The notes beneath the pieces were generated by a model. That model was not told the DNA's origin. It did not search any database and was given only the letters and a program-made list of their open reading frames with translations. Below are positions 28,998-42,779 of a stretch of 64,000 bases of DNA, piece after piece; within the stretch, counting starts at the first letter, position 1; every line of letters starts with the position of its first letter. The position numbers were made by a program, and so were the translations under genes. The stretch is from Octopus sinensis (lineage: Eukaryota), in NCBI RefSeq assembly GCF_006345805.1, contig NC_042998.1, positions 180,854,001-180,918,000 of the forward strand. The letters run 5' to 3'.

Positions 28998-29503
28998 CTA
29001 GCAGTATCGCCCGGCGTTGCTCGGGTTTGTAAGGGAAATAACTATATAAGCATTTTTAGAGAGTTACTTCCCTTATAAATTCGGGCTTTCTTAGCCATTT
29101 TTGTTTTGGTGTCTTCAAGCCATGAAGTCGTTGTTCTAAAAGAACGCTGGTTTCCTTCACAACGCATTACGACGTTGATTTCTTTACACTCCCTTCCCCA
29201 CAGCTTCACGAGGGAGGGAAGGGGGAGAAGCAAACAGGTGCAGCTGTGAACGTGGACGCCAACTCCGCCGCCATCGACATACGATGCATTTTATGCATTA
29301 AAATGGAATAAAAAATGATGTTAAATTATTTTTAAAATCGTAGACTCATCGTTGACGCGCGCTAATAGTCAGACGGGCTCGATATGAATCACGACTATAA
29401 GATACCCGAATTTGGTTAAACTGCACCGCAAAATGTGGGAGGAGTTAGGAATCTAAATCGAAGGGGACAGACACTCACACAACTAGAGTTTTATATATAT
29501 AGA
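28998..29503 (-). mobile_element. Non-autonomous Helitron
   Basis: Minus strand A|TCTATATATATAAAAC...CCCGAGCAACGCCGGG hairpin...CTAG|T gives canonical 5'-TC, 3'-CTAG and A|T target. Confidence 0.8.
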
Positions 29504-29741
29504 TATATATATGAAGTGCCTTGCTTAAGACCAGAACCTCCTCCCACCCGGTGTATGAATTACATCCACGATCTCGCGATCGCGAGTGCAACACACTAAC
29601 CGTTAGGCGATTACTTCGACACCTGACGTGTGGAACATCATGCACCTGGTGAAGAAACGTTGATTTGTTGAAGGGAGTGATCTCAATCGTTTAGCAAAAA
29701 GTCTGAACACCCATACATAACCTTCGACGGGTGACCTCATC

Positions 29742-29775
<34 letters not shown>

Positions 29776-32520
29776 CTGTGTGTGTCTGTGTCTGTGTGTC
29801 TGTGTCTGTGTCTGTGTGTGTGCGGGGGTGGATCTGCGTATGCATGCGTGTACTGGAGTACTTGAACGCGTGAGTGTGTAGGTATCTGTATTTTCAATAC
29901 TTCAATGTGACTGTATATGTGTGTATAAATTTATGTGCTTGTGTGTGGGTATATTTGTATATTCTTTTATGTTTGTCTTGTAGTAAAATTCTAAAGAAGT
30001 GCAGCAATATTTTGTTTTCTCTTTAGATTCTAGATTTTACTGTCTAAAGGCGGCTAACTTAATTTTATGAGTTGTTTAGAAGCAATGTTTCTGTGTAACA
30101 ATGACAACACTTTTTAAACCTTGTGACTATAAAAGGCAGTGTCCACAACACTGTCAGCTGATCAGTATTTGATCAAATAACGTCAGCGAGAAGTAGCCAT
30201 CTTGTTCATATTCTATTGATTAAGTCACCTGGCCTTGTTGTTTATCAGTTCATTTACATTCTCAGCCGTCTTTCACATAACAACTATCATCAACAGAAGC
30301 TTACCTTATATCAGTATTTATATCATAACAGCCTTCTATAATACTGGCTAATTTCATCCATCTTACTAATTTCATTACTATAGCTTCTATGTAAGTATGA
30401 ATCTTTCTTCTTATTGAAGAAATATGGTGGAGACTTGTTTTCCAGATGATTTCCTCTAGAATGATTATCTTATTTGACCTACCACTCCGTCTCCCTCCAA
30501 TCTCTCCCCCTATCTTTCCTTTCTATTTTTCTCGTCAGTCCCAGATGTTTTGTGCTTTATATTTAACACATGATGTTCTCATATACTTCTCATACTATAC
30601 AGCCATTATAGTTTGAAAGAAAATTTCCATCATTTCACTCTCTATTCTGTCCACATGAAACCAAGTTCTGTCTGGTAGATTTAGTATTGATCTGGTCTGT
30701 TAGCATTGATTACTAAATACAATATTCTCTTACGGTATCCAATAAACTTACCAAAACACGCCAAGCTTTCTAAATGTTTCATCAAACCAAAATTTATTGA
30801 ATGTAAATAAATTGCTTATAAGGAAGTACGAAATAAGAATAATCGATATTTAGTGGAGTGACTTGTTTAGTGACAAGTAATCCCTATTAACGAATTTCAC
30901 AACTGAACTTTTTTTCAATAGCCTCAGACATAAATAAAACAGATTCCATAGTGAAAGTTTTATTATTAATAGTAAATGAAGTCTAGTGAAGTGAATTCTT
31001 TTCTCTCTTGTCATGGGTATCTTTTAGTACAGTTTAGTAAAGTTTATCTCAGTTTTTCACGAAACATTTTTTTTATTTTTCATAAGTTTACAGTATTAGT
31101 CTTTCATGTCACACCGAAACTAATCATTTAATAAAATTAAATTTTTTTATGCTCAACTAAAGTAAATGTTAATTCAAAGAGAACTACTGATACTAATAAT
31201 TTCTCTAACTAATTAATGTTTTTTATCTGAATCAATTATTTTTTTTTTTTATATTCCACTTTTTCCAGTACGTTTTCTGTTCGAGGTGTGTATACATGTT
31301 TTCGTGTTTCTCTATAGCACTGTAAATGAACAAGAATGTAAACATGCATATAAATCTTTTTATATCCATTCTATTTTCCTTCCTTTTTGTTCGTTTATTG
31401 TTTTTTTCGGTTGACTAATTCCTAGCAAACGCTCCAATACTGATAAGAAATCTCAGTCAATATCAGCAAACATAATAATTACAAGACTACGCTTGTTTGC
31501 TATATTGATTTCCTAATACGTTTGTTGTTAGGTTCACAAGAGGGACAGCTGAAATGGTGTCTTTCGCTGGTTGTTTTCCTCTTACATATACTTTCTATTT
31601 TGGAGATAATATCTGGATATTAAAAACAGGAAGCTGCAGCGAATCTAGCGTGGCCGGCAAAAAATTAACGAATTTAATCCCCGTAATAAACAATGCTTAT
31701 TTTATGTTTCTCTGTGGTGTGTAAATTAATTGGATGTTCTCAATAACTCGTACTGACAAACAACTTTATATGAGAGATAGTCAGATCGTTCCCTATAAAA
31801 CATTATAATTGTACTTTGTAGAGGTTGTTTAAAGCATGCTTATGGAGATAACGTTGTGAAACAAATAGTTATTTTAGCTTAAACTATTACAACTGTCAGT
31901 TAAGATAGGGAGAATTATTCGTTTTCATCATAACACAACAAATGTTAAGGCTTTTTACTTCTTTCTATCTTAGCAATTAACTTGCTAGAAAAAGTAACTC
32001 TGGGTTTATCTGTTGCTGACATATTTTACATATGTATTATGTCAACACTACGTTATAAATGTAATTAAGTAATCTTGAAAAATAAAGATTAGAGATAAGA
32101 CTGTTCATTCTTCAAATTGTCAAATGTTCAGATTATTTGATACGCAAGGGGTTCAGTAATTACATAGAAATACCGAAAAATAATAAGGTCCATTAATACG
32201 GTGGAAGATTGCATGCACTTGAGCGACACTGTCATATACAAATGACCACTGGATGACTACACATACGCACACACGTACACATATGCATGCAAGTACGTAT
32301 ATGAATGCATGCGTGTATATGTGTATGTCTGTGACAAAGAGAGAGAGAGAGAAACAGAGAGAGAGAGAAATAGAGAGAGAGAGAAACAGAGAGAGAGAAA
32401 AACAGAAAGAGAGAGAAACAGAAAGAGAGAGAAACAGAGGGAGAGGGCATGTGTGAGTGTGTATGAAATTATATGTATTCATATGCTTATATGTTTACAG
32501 GATTGTAGTTTTCACTAACT

Positions 32521-32568
<48 letters not shown>

Positions 32569-32618
32569 GTATGTACATATATATATAAACATATATATAC
32601 ATACATATATATATACAT

Positions 32619-32649
<31 letters not shown>

Positions 32650-33544
32650 CATATATGTTGCTTATATTTGTAATTCTGTCACATTATCTCTTTGATGTCG
32701 TATACATTCGCTTGCTTTCTCCCCAAATGTTTAATGCTTTTAGCTTAGATTTTTGGGGCAAACCAGGTTGGAACAATCTCAAGTGTAACCCACCGAAATT
32801 GTAAGGATAATTGGGAAACTTGACTGAGAAAAGAAGAATGATCCGTCCTTATTTTTTCCTGTCCGTCTTTGTATCGTCTATCTTTCCAGCTTCGCCCAAC
32901 TCGCTTCTTCACCAAAAAGCAGTACTGAAAGGAGACACTGAAAGGCATGGCCCCAGCCTCTGGTTGAAAGCAGAAAAAGAATATAAGAATATATATGAAT
33001 GTCATTATTCAGTTTATTTCAAGAGTTCTTGCCAACAGAGAAAGAACCGGTTTCAAAACTAGATCCAAGGTTCTTTCATTGGAATTTCAACATCAACAAC
33101 ACGGTATTTTTGTTTGTATGTATGTATGCATGCATGTATGTATGTATGTATGTATGTGTGTATGTATGTATGTATGTAGTATGTATGTATGTATGTATGT
33201 ATGTATGTATGTATGTATGTATGTATGCATGTATGTATGTGTGTATGTGCAGATTTGTATGTTTTTATGTATTTATTCTCATGCATACAGTTGCATATCT
33301 AGACTTGCTTAAATATATTTAAATGATAAACTTCTGGAAAGTTTTACATAATTTTATAGTTCCAGTGATGGATTCGATCTGTAGTCTTCGAATTAGCTTT
33401 CCCCTATCAGGTTTTGAGAAGCCTAATTTCTCAAGATTGGTATTTAGGAAGTGTGTTATATATATATGCCAGGGTCCCAATGATTACAGGTATAAACCTG
33501 AACTTGCAATCTGGATAGAGTAACTGCAGATTTCTCAACAGTTG

Positions 33545-33950
33545 GGCATAGGTGTTCTCTTTTTCTCTGATCTTCAGTTTTATGTTAATATTCGTTGGGC
33601 AGTTAATTTTCACATCTGTGCACAATTTCTCTTCTCTATCCCAAAACATTATATCAAGTCTGTTGTGCTTATATTTTATTAAGGTCTTCACTAGTACATT
33701 CCACCAATATTCCTTTTCATTATGAGTGGCTATGGCTTCTACCTTATGGGTTTTTATTTCTTTGTCCTCGAGGTTATACTTCCGATGGATTTCATTATAG
33801 AGTGTCCGAGGTACAACATGTCCCCTCGGTAGATAATACTGTGATGACATTTTCGGACAACTGCTTATAATGTGGGTGATATCTTCAGTGTGAACTTCAT
33901 AAAGTCTGCATCGGTTGTCACATTTTACCGCTTTTCCTGCATCTCTCTCT
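33545..33950 (-). mobile_element. R4/Dong-like (RLE) LINE fragment: zinc knuckle plus PD-(D/E)xK nuclease
   Basis: CRLYEVHTEDITHIISSC, YYLPRGHVV, HNRLDIMFWD..KINCP, EKENTYAQL, IPVIIGTL. Confidence 0.8.
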
Positions 33951-33962
33951 CTTTTGTGCATC

Positions 33963-33995
<33 letters not shown>

Positions 33996-34427
33996 TGTAT
34001 GTATGTATGTATGTATGTATGCTAAAGAAGTACATTTCGTAACTGCGAGGTTCTGGAATTTGTCCCACCTAGAGGCATTGACTTTAAATCCGAGCCGAGC
34101 AATAACTTAGGAATGAATTTGGTGGAGAACATTCATGCGTGAACCTATTCTTTTAAAGGTGCGATTATGTGTGTGTGTGTGTGTGTGTGTGTGAGTGTTT
34201 GAATGTTCGCATCCAGTCACCCATGAGAAGTCTAGCTCATGTTGAAGCTTTGAGTTGACTGTCAAATATTGATACAATAGCCACATCTAGCTATTCTGCC
34301 GAGCATATTGAATTCGAACTACGTGAAATTTAATTTTAATACATTTTATATTTCTTATATCATACACATACACACACACACACACATCTATGCATATCTA
34401 TCTATCTATCTATCTATCTGTCTCTCA

Positions 34428-34487
<60 letters not shown>

Positions 34488-34516
34488 CAATGACTTGTAC
34501 ATAATTCTGCATTATG

Positions 34517-34556
<40 letters not shown>

Positions 34557-34561
<5 letters not shown>

Positions 34562-34939
34562 AGGCTTGGAGATGATGTACAGGTATTTTATTAGAAAAAA
34601 TGAGGTACTCAGAAATTCGGATGGTTTTATATTTATAGATATTTATTTGTATATTACATGTTTTTATACATCATATAACTTAGATCATATATTAGCGCTT
34701 TCTCCCATTCCAGACAAGTCTTCTTTTCCAAAAACCAAAAGCCAAATGGCTTTGGGGATTTTGGTTTTTGGAAAAGAAGACTTGTCTGGAATGATAGAAA
34801 GCGCTAATATATGATCTAAGTTATATGATGTATAAAAACATGTAATATACAAATAAATATCTGTAAATATAAAACCATCCGAATTTCTGAGTACCTCATT
34901 TTTTCTAATATAAAATAACTGTACATCATCTCCAAACCT

Positions 34940-34944
<5 letters not shown>
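34557..34944. repeat. Near-perfect palindrome (arms about 185 bp, 18-bp spacer) within (TA)n; MITE-like or fold-back
   Basis: Arms 34557-34740 and 34759-34944 differ at few positions; terminal pieces recur at 26747-26790 and 3631-3656. Confidence 0.9.
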
Positions 34945-34990
<46 letters not shown>

Positions 34991-36194
34991 GGTCGTCACG
35001 CTAATATTTCTCTTAAGTAATCTAATAGCACTTTATATACTGAGCTGAATAAAAGAAAGCAAAAATTTGTCGGCGGAAATTGAACTCAGATAGTTGAAAG
35101 TCGCAGCATAAGTGAAAACCTTTTATCCAAATTAACAATATTTCTTTTAACTACCTACACTGCGTTTTTCAGTTTTAAACAAAGCTAAGGCACATTAGAT
35201 AATTTAGTCTTGAATACCACTTACACGTATATTCAAGTCTTGAATACCTCTAAAAGATCTGCTCGTTCAGTTTGGCATAACTCTAAACAACAACAATAAT
35301 GACACGTGTAGCAGCATCAACAACTCGATAATATTGCATTTCCATTTTAAATAACAGAGTGGTTAGATGTGTGAATTTTTAGATAATTCTCTGAAAATAT
35401 TTCGAGTTCCACCGTCATAATGTTATCAAATATTACAATTTTGTCCTCGACAATGAATCATTAGAGCCTGATCGAAGATTGTTAGCATGTAAATTCACTG
35501 AACCTGGCATATCTCTAAATGCCAACGTTGACTTGTACCAGAAATGTGCTTATCAAATAGGCCTAGACGCTTGGGCGTCTATTCGAAGGGTAGAATGCTC
35601 TGGGATGCTTCTATAATCTTTGTAATCGGCTGTTTTGCTGAGGCACATGCTAGAAATAAACATATAACAATGTTAAGCGATTTATCTGTTTTGCTCTATC
35701 ATACATGTTTCTGAATTATCAATGGATATAATAAAATTAACTGGCTCCCTATTCATATGAACTAGGGAATAAAAGGTTGTTAGTGTCAGTGCTTATGTAT
35801 TATTTTTCATTTCACTGTGTAAGTGTAAATAACATTCACTATAGTAATAATGTTGAGCATAGTAACATCTATATGTGTGATATGTAGAATACTTATAGAT
35901 AAGGGTAGTGAAATTATGTGATGTTCATCCTTCTTTCACCAACATTAATGAAGTTGTGATGATATTGTGGTTGCTGTTGTTGCTGTGGTTGTTTTGACCT
36001 ACGTCGTCATAATGAGCCAACATTCACGTAAGCAGGCGTTCCAGCCATAACCATCTCGTGTATCGAGATGTATATTATCTAATGTGTCCTTCCCCTTTCG
36101 CGAACATACGATGTAGTTTAAGAGATTTGATTGTTATTCATTTTAGCTTCGGTAACAACGGAGAAACGTCATCTGCTCAATTAGTGACATAATT

Positions 36195-36300
36195 TTTTTT
36201 TGCGCCCTTTTAAAGCCTAGCCAGGCTCATGGGCTCGGTTTCACAGTTTCTATGGCGTATGTGTTCGCCAGCTGGACGGGACGCCAGTCCATCGCAGAGT
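36195..36300 (-). mobile_element. SINE 3' tail fragment (tail Z)
   Basis: Reverse complement CTGCGATGGACTGGCGTCCCGTCCAG...GAAACCGAGCCCATGAGCCTGG. Confidence 0.55.
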
Positions 36301-38544
36301 AACATAATTAGCCAATGTATATTGTCAAAAAAAAATACACGAAAACTACAAATCGAGTCAAACTGAGTTTGTAGAACTGGTAGGGCTCCAGAATATACAT
36401 AAGTTGCACTATTTTCGATCTTTAATGTCTACCCATTTAGAATTTACCTATTGTAATTTACCCCTTCGGCCAAAATAAAGTCCAACCTTATCCATCACGT
36501 CTTTCTTCAGTATTAGTTTATTCAGGACTACTTTATCCAATGAGTACGAATTCCTTTAAATGTTGCACAATCTGTTTTGAAGTAGATTTAGCAGATATCT
36601 CTAACAAATTGAGCAACATTTGTTGAAGATGCCTCGTAGGCCCTCCAATATTTTACTTTTATCGTGGAAGGCATAAATTATTAAGTACTTAATGCACAGG
36701 GGTTGCTTTCGTCGACTATATTTCTTCTCTGTGAAACGTCGCATTTAGTGATGCCAAAATAAATAAATAATATACAGGCGCGAATGTTTGGACGGTCTTT
36801 GACTGTCCTAAAGTGATAGATTTACTTCGCCCGGTTCAAAACCACAGCCTATCTTTAACACTTCACTTTGTTGCAAACGTTCTGAACAAATACCTGGTTT
36901 GAGGATAACCTATGAATCATGTCTTCTTACTATCTTTTTCTCTCTCTCTCGTCTCAGTAACACTTAAAAAATCACAAGCGCGCCTTTTCTCTCCTTGCTA
37001 AGCAATAAATTAATATATGAACTATGCATTTGAAATTATCAAAGAGGGTGAATATTTGTGCTACGCCGATATACATGAGAGTGTATAGCTATGTATACCT
37101 GTTTACCTATGTGTCTAATATACATAGTTTATGCATGACATATTTCATTTTGCATAATATGTCAGATAATAAATATTTGGTACATGGAATATAGATTCTT
37201 TGGATTTATGGTAGTGTTTCTTTTGAGAAAAATATAATATTCACACCATCCCTGTCACACCCACCCACACACCGATAAATGGGTATGTGTCTGTGTGTGT
37301 GTGTGTATGTGTGTGTGTTTGTGTGTGTGTGTGTGTTTGTGTGGTGTAGTGTGACGTTCAGCCTAATAAGAAATCAATTTATGCAAGAAATGCAAGAACA
37401 TAGAACGAGGGAGACAAAAGCTCTTGATGCTCTATTCTCCACCACCACCACCACCACAAACCTTGTAAGCTAATTTCCTCCGTTTAAGCTATCGCCTCCT
37501 CTAGGAAATGAATTAACTCAAGACACTTATTTTTCCTTTTATCTAAGGTTAATAGTGCTGCTCACCTTTTTATGGATATCTCTTATCATGAAAGAGCAAT
37601 ATATAGTGTTTATCGCAATACTGCATAAGTAATTGACTTTCACTTTTACATACACTTATAAGAATTTTTAGAATATAGTATAATGTTTAGGTTAAATATG
37701 TACTTTTCCAAGATCTCAAGTTCAACTATTCTATCTTCCATACAGTATGATATAACAGCATAATATTCTAATAACGATTCCGAGCTTTTACGCTAGATCA
37801 TAAATCATAGAGAACAAGATACAACAGTGAATCGAAACAGGACATTTGTGGCATTTACTTTATCGACGATGGAGCAAGAAATGAAATCTATCAGACTTTC
37901 AATTGGGAAATAAATGGGAGTAATAACTAAATCTACAACGTACTTAATTCGGAATTCCACCATTTCATTCCGGTATCTTGTCGTTTCTTCTATTCTTCAT
38001 GAGTGTTACTCCAATAGTAACTCAGTATTGCTGAATACGTATTTCTGTTACTGTATTTCGAAAACAGTTCACTGATGTAGGCGTTTCGATATATCTTCTT
38101 TCACTTGCATTTAAAAATTTTTATAGCATCAAAGAGACCGCCTACATCTACATCGTGATGGATTATTGTTTTGCGGTTCTTTAGAACAAATAATATCTAG
38201 AACAAATAATATTTGATCGATTCTTTTTTTCGTATGTTTCTGATCCTTATATTCAGGTTCCAGCAATATTTCTGAAAACTAATGTCAATATCATTATCTT
38301 TATCATAAAAAATTTTTCCAGATATATTCTATGCTTGCCTCACGGTATATAATATGTGAAAATAGTATCTCACAAATGATAATTATAAGGGCTAATACAT
38401 TTCCATTTGGCTTTACATTCTATATCTATTAAAAGTTCTTCCCCTATTTTTTGTGCATATCGTTGTTGATCGGAGATTTTACTTTCCCCTATCAACGTTA
38501 ATATTCGATATGAGGCATCATATATATATATATATATATATATT

Positions 38545-39976
38545 TTTTATCTAGTTTCAGCTCACAAGCTGTGGTCATTCTGGGGCACCGCCATTTGGTG
38601 TTGCTACATGATTTTACTTCACGAATGCTTTTTAGCAATTGCCATTTGGTGCATGAGAGAGTTCGATGCAGCTGCCCTCATCTGCACCTCCTGCCGTGAA
38701 GTTGGTTCATCTGGGATACCTGGCAAGAAGAGATCCAGTTTCATTTTAAAGACATCTGCATCCACCCCATGCAGGTCTCTTAGGTTCTTCGGGAGGATAT
38801 TGAAGAGCTGTGAGCCTCGGAAGCCCAGGCTATCACAGTATCTTGTCCTACATCTTGATGGCAAATTTGGAGTCCTTGGCACTATGCAGCGGCGCCCAGT
38901 TCTGGCATTTGTGTAACTCTCGATGCCAAAATTTGGGACAAGTCCTTCTAGGATTTTCCAGATGTATATTATGGCATATCTTTCTCGCCTACGCTCTAAG
39001 GAATAGAGTCTCAATCTCTTGAGTCTTTCCCAATAGCTTATATGCTGCATAGAGGCTATCTTCTTCGTGTAGCTTCGTTGGATCGCCTCAAATTCTGTGA
39101 TTAACTTGACACTGGTTGGTGACCATAGTTGAGAGCAGTAGTCAAAGTGGCTTAGGACAAGTGTCCTCCAGAGGACCATCATGGTTTCCTGGTCTCTTGT
39201 TCTGAAGGTTCTAAGAATCCATCTGGTCAGCCGCCTACATTTCATTGCCAATTTAGCAACGTGTACATGAAAGGTTGCATCATCACTCATGTAAATACCC
39301 AGGTCTCGCACTGATTGTTCCTCTGGGATTGCAGTCCCTCCAGGTCCAGTGTTTTTATTGGGTATTGCATTTAGTTTTGCGTGCTGATAGCATAGAGCTT
39401 GAAACTTTTCAGCATTGAACTGCATGCTATTCTTTTCAGCCCACTTGTATATTTTGTCCAGCTCACATTGCAGGTGCTTAGTGTCTTCAGGGTTCTGTAT
39501 TGCCTGTGAAACTTTTGTATCATCTGCATAACTTGTGATCGTGGCTCTCTGCGTGGCTGAGGGCATGTCTGAGAGGGCCATTATGAACAGTAGTGGTCCC
39601 AAAACAGTGCCCTGCGGAACACCGCTCACTATTTGCGTGTTAGTGGAAGTGGCCCCATTGGCTACTACCACCTGACTTCTATCCTTCAGAAAGTCATGAA
39701 GCCACTCTCCCAATTTTCCAACTTGCCAAGATCACGCAGTTTGTGACATAGCATTCCATGATCGACTTTATCAAAGGCCTTTGCAAAATCGAGATATATG
39801 ACTTCCACATTTGAGTGGTTGAGCAGTCGTTTCAGCACCCAGTCATAGTGTTGTAGGAGCTGAGTTAAGCAGCTTCTTCCTGGTCGGAAACCATGTTGGG
39901 TGTCAGGCAGCAAGTCATTTTCTTCAAGGAAGGTGATTAGTTTCCTTCTGACTATTCGTTCCATATATTTATCCAT
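38545..39976 (-). mobile_element. 5'-truncated CR1/L2-group LINE: reverse transcriptase, C-terminus and short 3' UTR; one frameshift near 39725
   Basis: QHGFRPGRSCLTQLL, YLDFAKAFDKVDH, SGVPQGTVLGPLLF, YADDTK, LYSLERRRERY; ORFs 39686-39976 and 38619-39713 join if one base is restored (RDLGIVGKLGEW). Confidence 0.93.
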
Positions 39977-40227
39977 TTTTCATATCAGTCGTATTATTCT
40001 AGTTTCAATCATTTGTAGGTTAGGAACTCCCTTCATATGCACACACATATACACATACATACACACACATATGCGCACACATACACACATATACGCATAC
40101 GCATAATTTTCGCGTACTCCATAGTAGTTAACCCATTTTCCTTGAGAAAACATATCTGTCGATTTTAAACTCCGTCATAAAGTAATAAGTTTTAGCTCTC
40201 TGAACAACTGTAATTCAACATACTGGG

Positions 40228-40368
40228 CTTACAGCTGTTTCTAGGATATTAATTAATAATATCCCTTCATCGGAGACGGTGTGAGATGAAAAATGGCTTA
40301 ATTTTTCCTCTCACACCGTCTCCGATGAAGGGGTATTATTAATTAATATCCTAGAAACAGCTGTAAGA
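40228..40368. ncRNA. Divergent inverted pair of minimal hammerhead motifs
   Basis: Plus copy GTCT-CCGATGA-AGGGGTATT/AATATCCT-AGAAAC-AGCT-GTA-AGAC at 40318-40369; inverted copy at 40228-40285; 23-bp spacer. Confidence 0.75.
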
Positions 40369-41268
40369 CCTATCTATAAATGCTCTAATATCTGTACAGC
40401 CTTGTTTTTTTTATCTCATTACGCAAAAAATTATTTTAGGATCTTTTCTATTTTGAGGCCAGTTTTTTCAAATTTTTCCTACTGAACCAAACAATTTGAA
40501 ACTTCGTATACTGGTAGAATGTGTCAAAAGTAAACTTAATTGTAAACCAGAATGAAAACGGAATTGTAACTTCTAAGTTTAACGTTGTTTAATAATTAGA
40601 ATTTTAACCAATGATATTCCGTCATTCGGCTTATTTTATTTACTCCGTCTCGACCACCAATTTCGTGACGTATTTAACATCTTAAATGTAAACAAGTCAG
40701 CCACCTTCTAATAACAATATTTAAAACTAGTTAATAAGCCACATGTATTAAATTGAAAATGTTTCCATTCTGTATGTCTGCATGTATGTGTGTGTGTATG
40801 TATGTGTAAGTATGTGTGTGTGTGTATGTATGTGTGTGTGTGTATGTATGTATAGCCGATTCATCGTAATCGTAATTACGATGAATTGGCCATACATACA
40901 TAGATACATACACACACACACATACATGCAGACATACATATACACATACACCGAGTAAAAAATTTCAGTTATCTCTCTCTTTCACACATTACTCTCTCTG
41001 TCTCTTCACACACACTAACAGAAGCACTTCACTTACACAACATACTGTCTCCCACACCCCATCAAACACACACACACACACATGTACATCAATGCTTCCC
41101 CTAGACGGTAACTTCAAAGACAAACTTCCCTCGTCATAAAATCGCTTCCTCTTAGTCTCTTTCGCTCTCATTACTTATGTAAAAAAATAAAAGTTTTTAC
41201 GGAAATCGACGGAAAACTTGTGCTACGACAAGCGAAACTTCGCCGAAATTTAATATTAAAAAAGCAAA

Positions 41269-41325
41269 GAGCTGGCAGAAACGTTAGCACGCCGGGCGAA
41301 ATGCGTAGCCGTATTTCGTCTGCCG
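41269..41325 (+). mobile_element. SINE family A head fragment
   Basis: GAGCTGGCAGAAACGTTAGCACGCCGGGCGAAATGCGTAGCCGTATTTCGTCTGCCG. Confidence 0.8.
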
Positions 41326-41851
41326 TGTTTGTTTACAGTTTTCCGAACGTTAGTACGTCACAAAAGCGCTTTCTACGTCACACTAATAGAATGCAGTCAA
41401 GTTTTACACATGAAAACAAACAATCTGATTGGTTAAAATTTGCAGTTTTAATCTACGATTAAAGTCATAAAATAGATTTTTCTCAAATAAACTAGTTCCA
41501 ACCTGTGTCTTGTTTTGCTAGACTCTATCAGCATACGAAGTTTCAGATTATTTAGTTAAGTAGAAAGATCTGTGGTCCTGGCTTCAGAATAGAAAAGATC
41601 CTTATTTTATATATATATCAAAGAATATGAGGGGTTTAGTTCACTGGTGAGCTAAACGAGTAAGTACGCTGAGTAAGTGCTATAACTGGTCATCCGTTAG
41701 GTTCCAATTTAACAGCTGAGACTGGTGCTAGGATCGTTATTAGGACTCCGTGTTAGCAGCTACATATTAGAGGAAAATGCAACAAAAACCAAGGCAGGAT
41801 GGATAACTCGAGTGATTTATAATGATTTAATTAGGGTAAGGTAAATTTGAA

Positions 41852-41927
41852 GTCTTACGGCTGTTTCTAGGATATTCCAAGTAATAGGCAAGCACGTCCG
41901 TATACTGGGTATTCCGTCATCGGAGAC
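41852..41927 (-). ncRNA. Type I hammerhead-like motif with extended stem II
   Basis: GTCT-CCGATGA-CGGAATA...ATATCCTA-GAAAC-AGCC-GTA-AGAC; same strand and downstream of the RT remnant at 42780-43300. Confidence 0.65.
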
Positions 41928-42779
41928 AAGGAGAGTTTGTAGGAAAGTTCTAGACAGGGAAATTCACAGTTTATAAGGAATAAATTAGAAGAATAAAAGT
42001 AGATAGAAACAGACTGGAGAATAAGTTCACAGTTCATCTTTTTCCAGAGGGTATGGAGGTTGGTCCGGACTTTCGTGGACGTATAGCACCTTAGGTATAA
42101 TCTCAGGTAAATCCAGGCAGTATTTTGAATGCGTTCACGTTGAAGTAAAGGATTTAGTGGTTAGCTTGTATGTAAATGTTCCACGTGGGTATGTAGAGTG
42201 AGAAAGACGGGCTTCAAGATAGACAGAAGCGGATAGTGAGTGAGTGGATAGAAGAGAGAGGAGAAAGAGAGAAAAGAGGGGAAAGGGAGAAAAGAAGGAG
42301 AAAGAGAGGAAATGAGAGAAAAGACAAGAATGAGATAGCTGCGGCAAAGAATGAATGGGAGCAAAAGTAAAGTAAAATCAAAAATACAAAAATAAAAAAT
42401 AAAAATAAGAAAGAAAAGAAAAAGAATAAAGCTGCCAATATTATTCTTCGTACGTGTTTTTTCGGGGTGAGAGGTCAAGCATTAGGGTTTTGGAAAAGTG
42501 GAGGAGGAAGGTGTTTATGTCTATCAATTAAATAGATGAAATCTAAATTAGGTCTGGTCACTAGTCAGTAGGGATAGCTAAAAATAGATAACTAGCTTAA
42601 GGGGGTATATATAGGATAAAACTACAAAATAGATAAAGGATACAAATTGAAGAATTAAAATTTAAAAGTTATAAGTTAAATTAAAAATTAAAAATCAAGG
42701 AATTCAAAAATTAAAAATCAAGGATTTCAAAAATTAAAGAATTAAAGCAAGCTAACTTTTAAGAATAGCTAGCTTTAAT

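Noticed and set aside
38548-40005. CTAGTTTCA at both ends of the LINE as a TSD
   Set aside because: The left copy is part of the element's own tail and the right copy is about 25 bp from the truncation point; likely chance.
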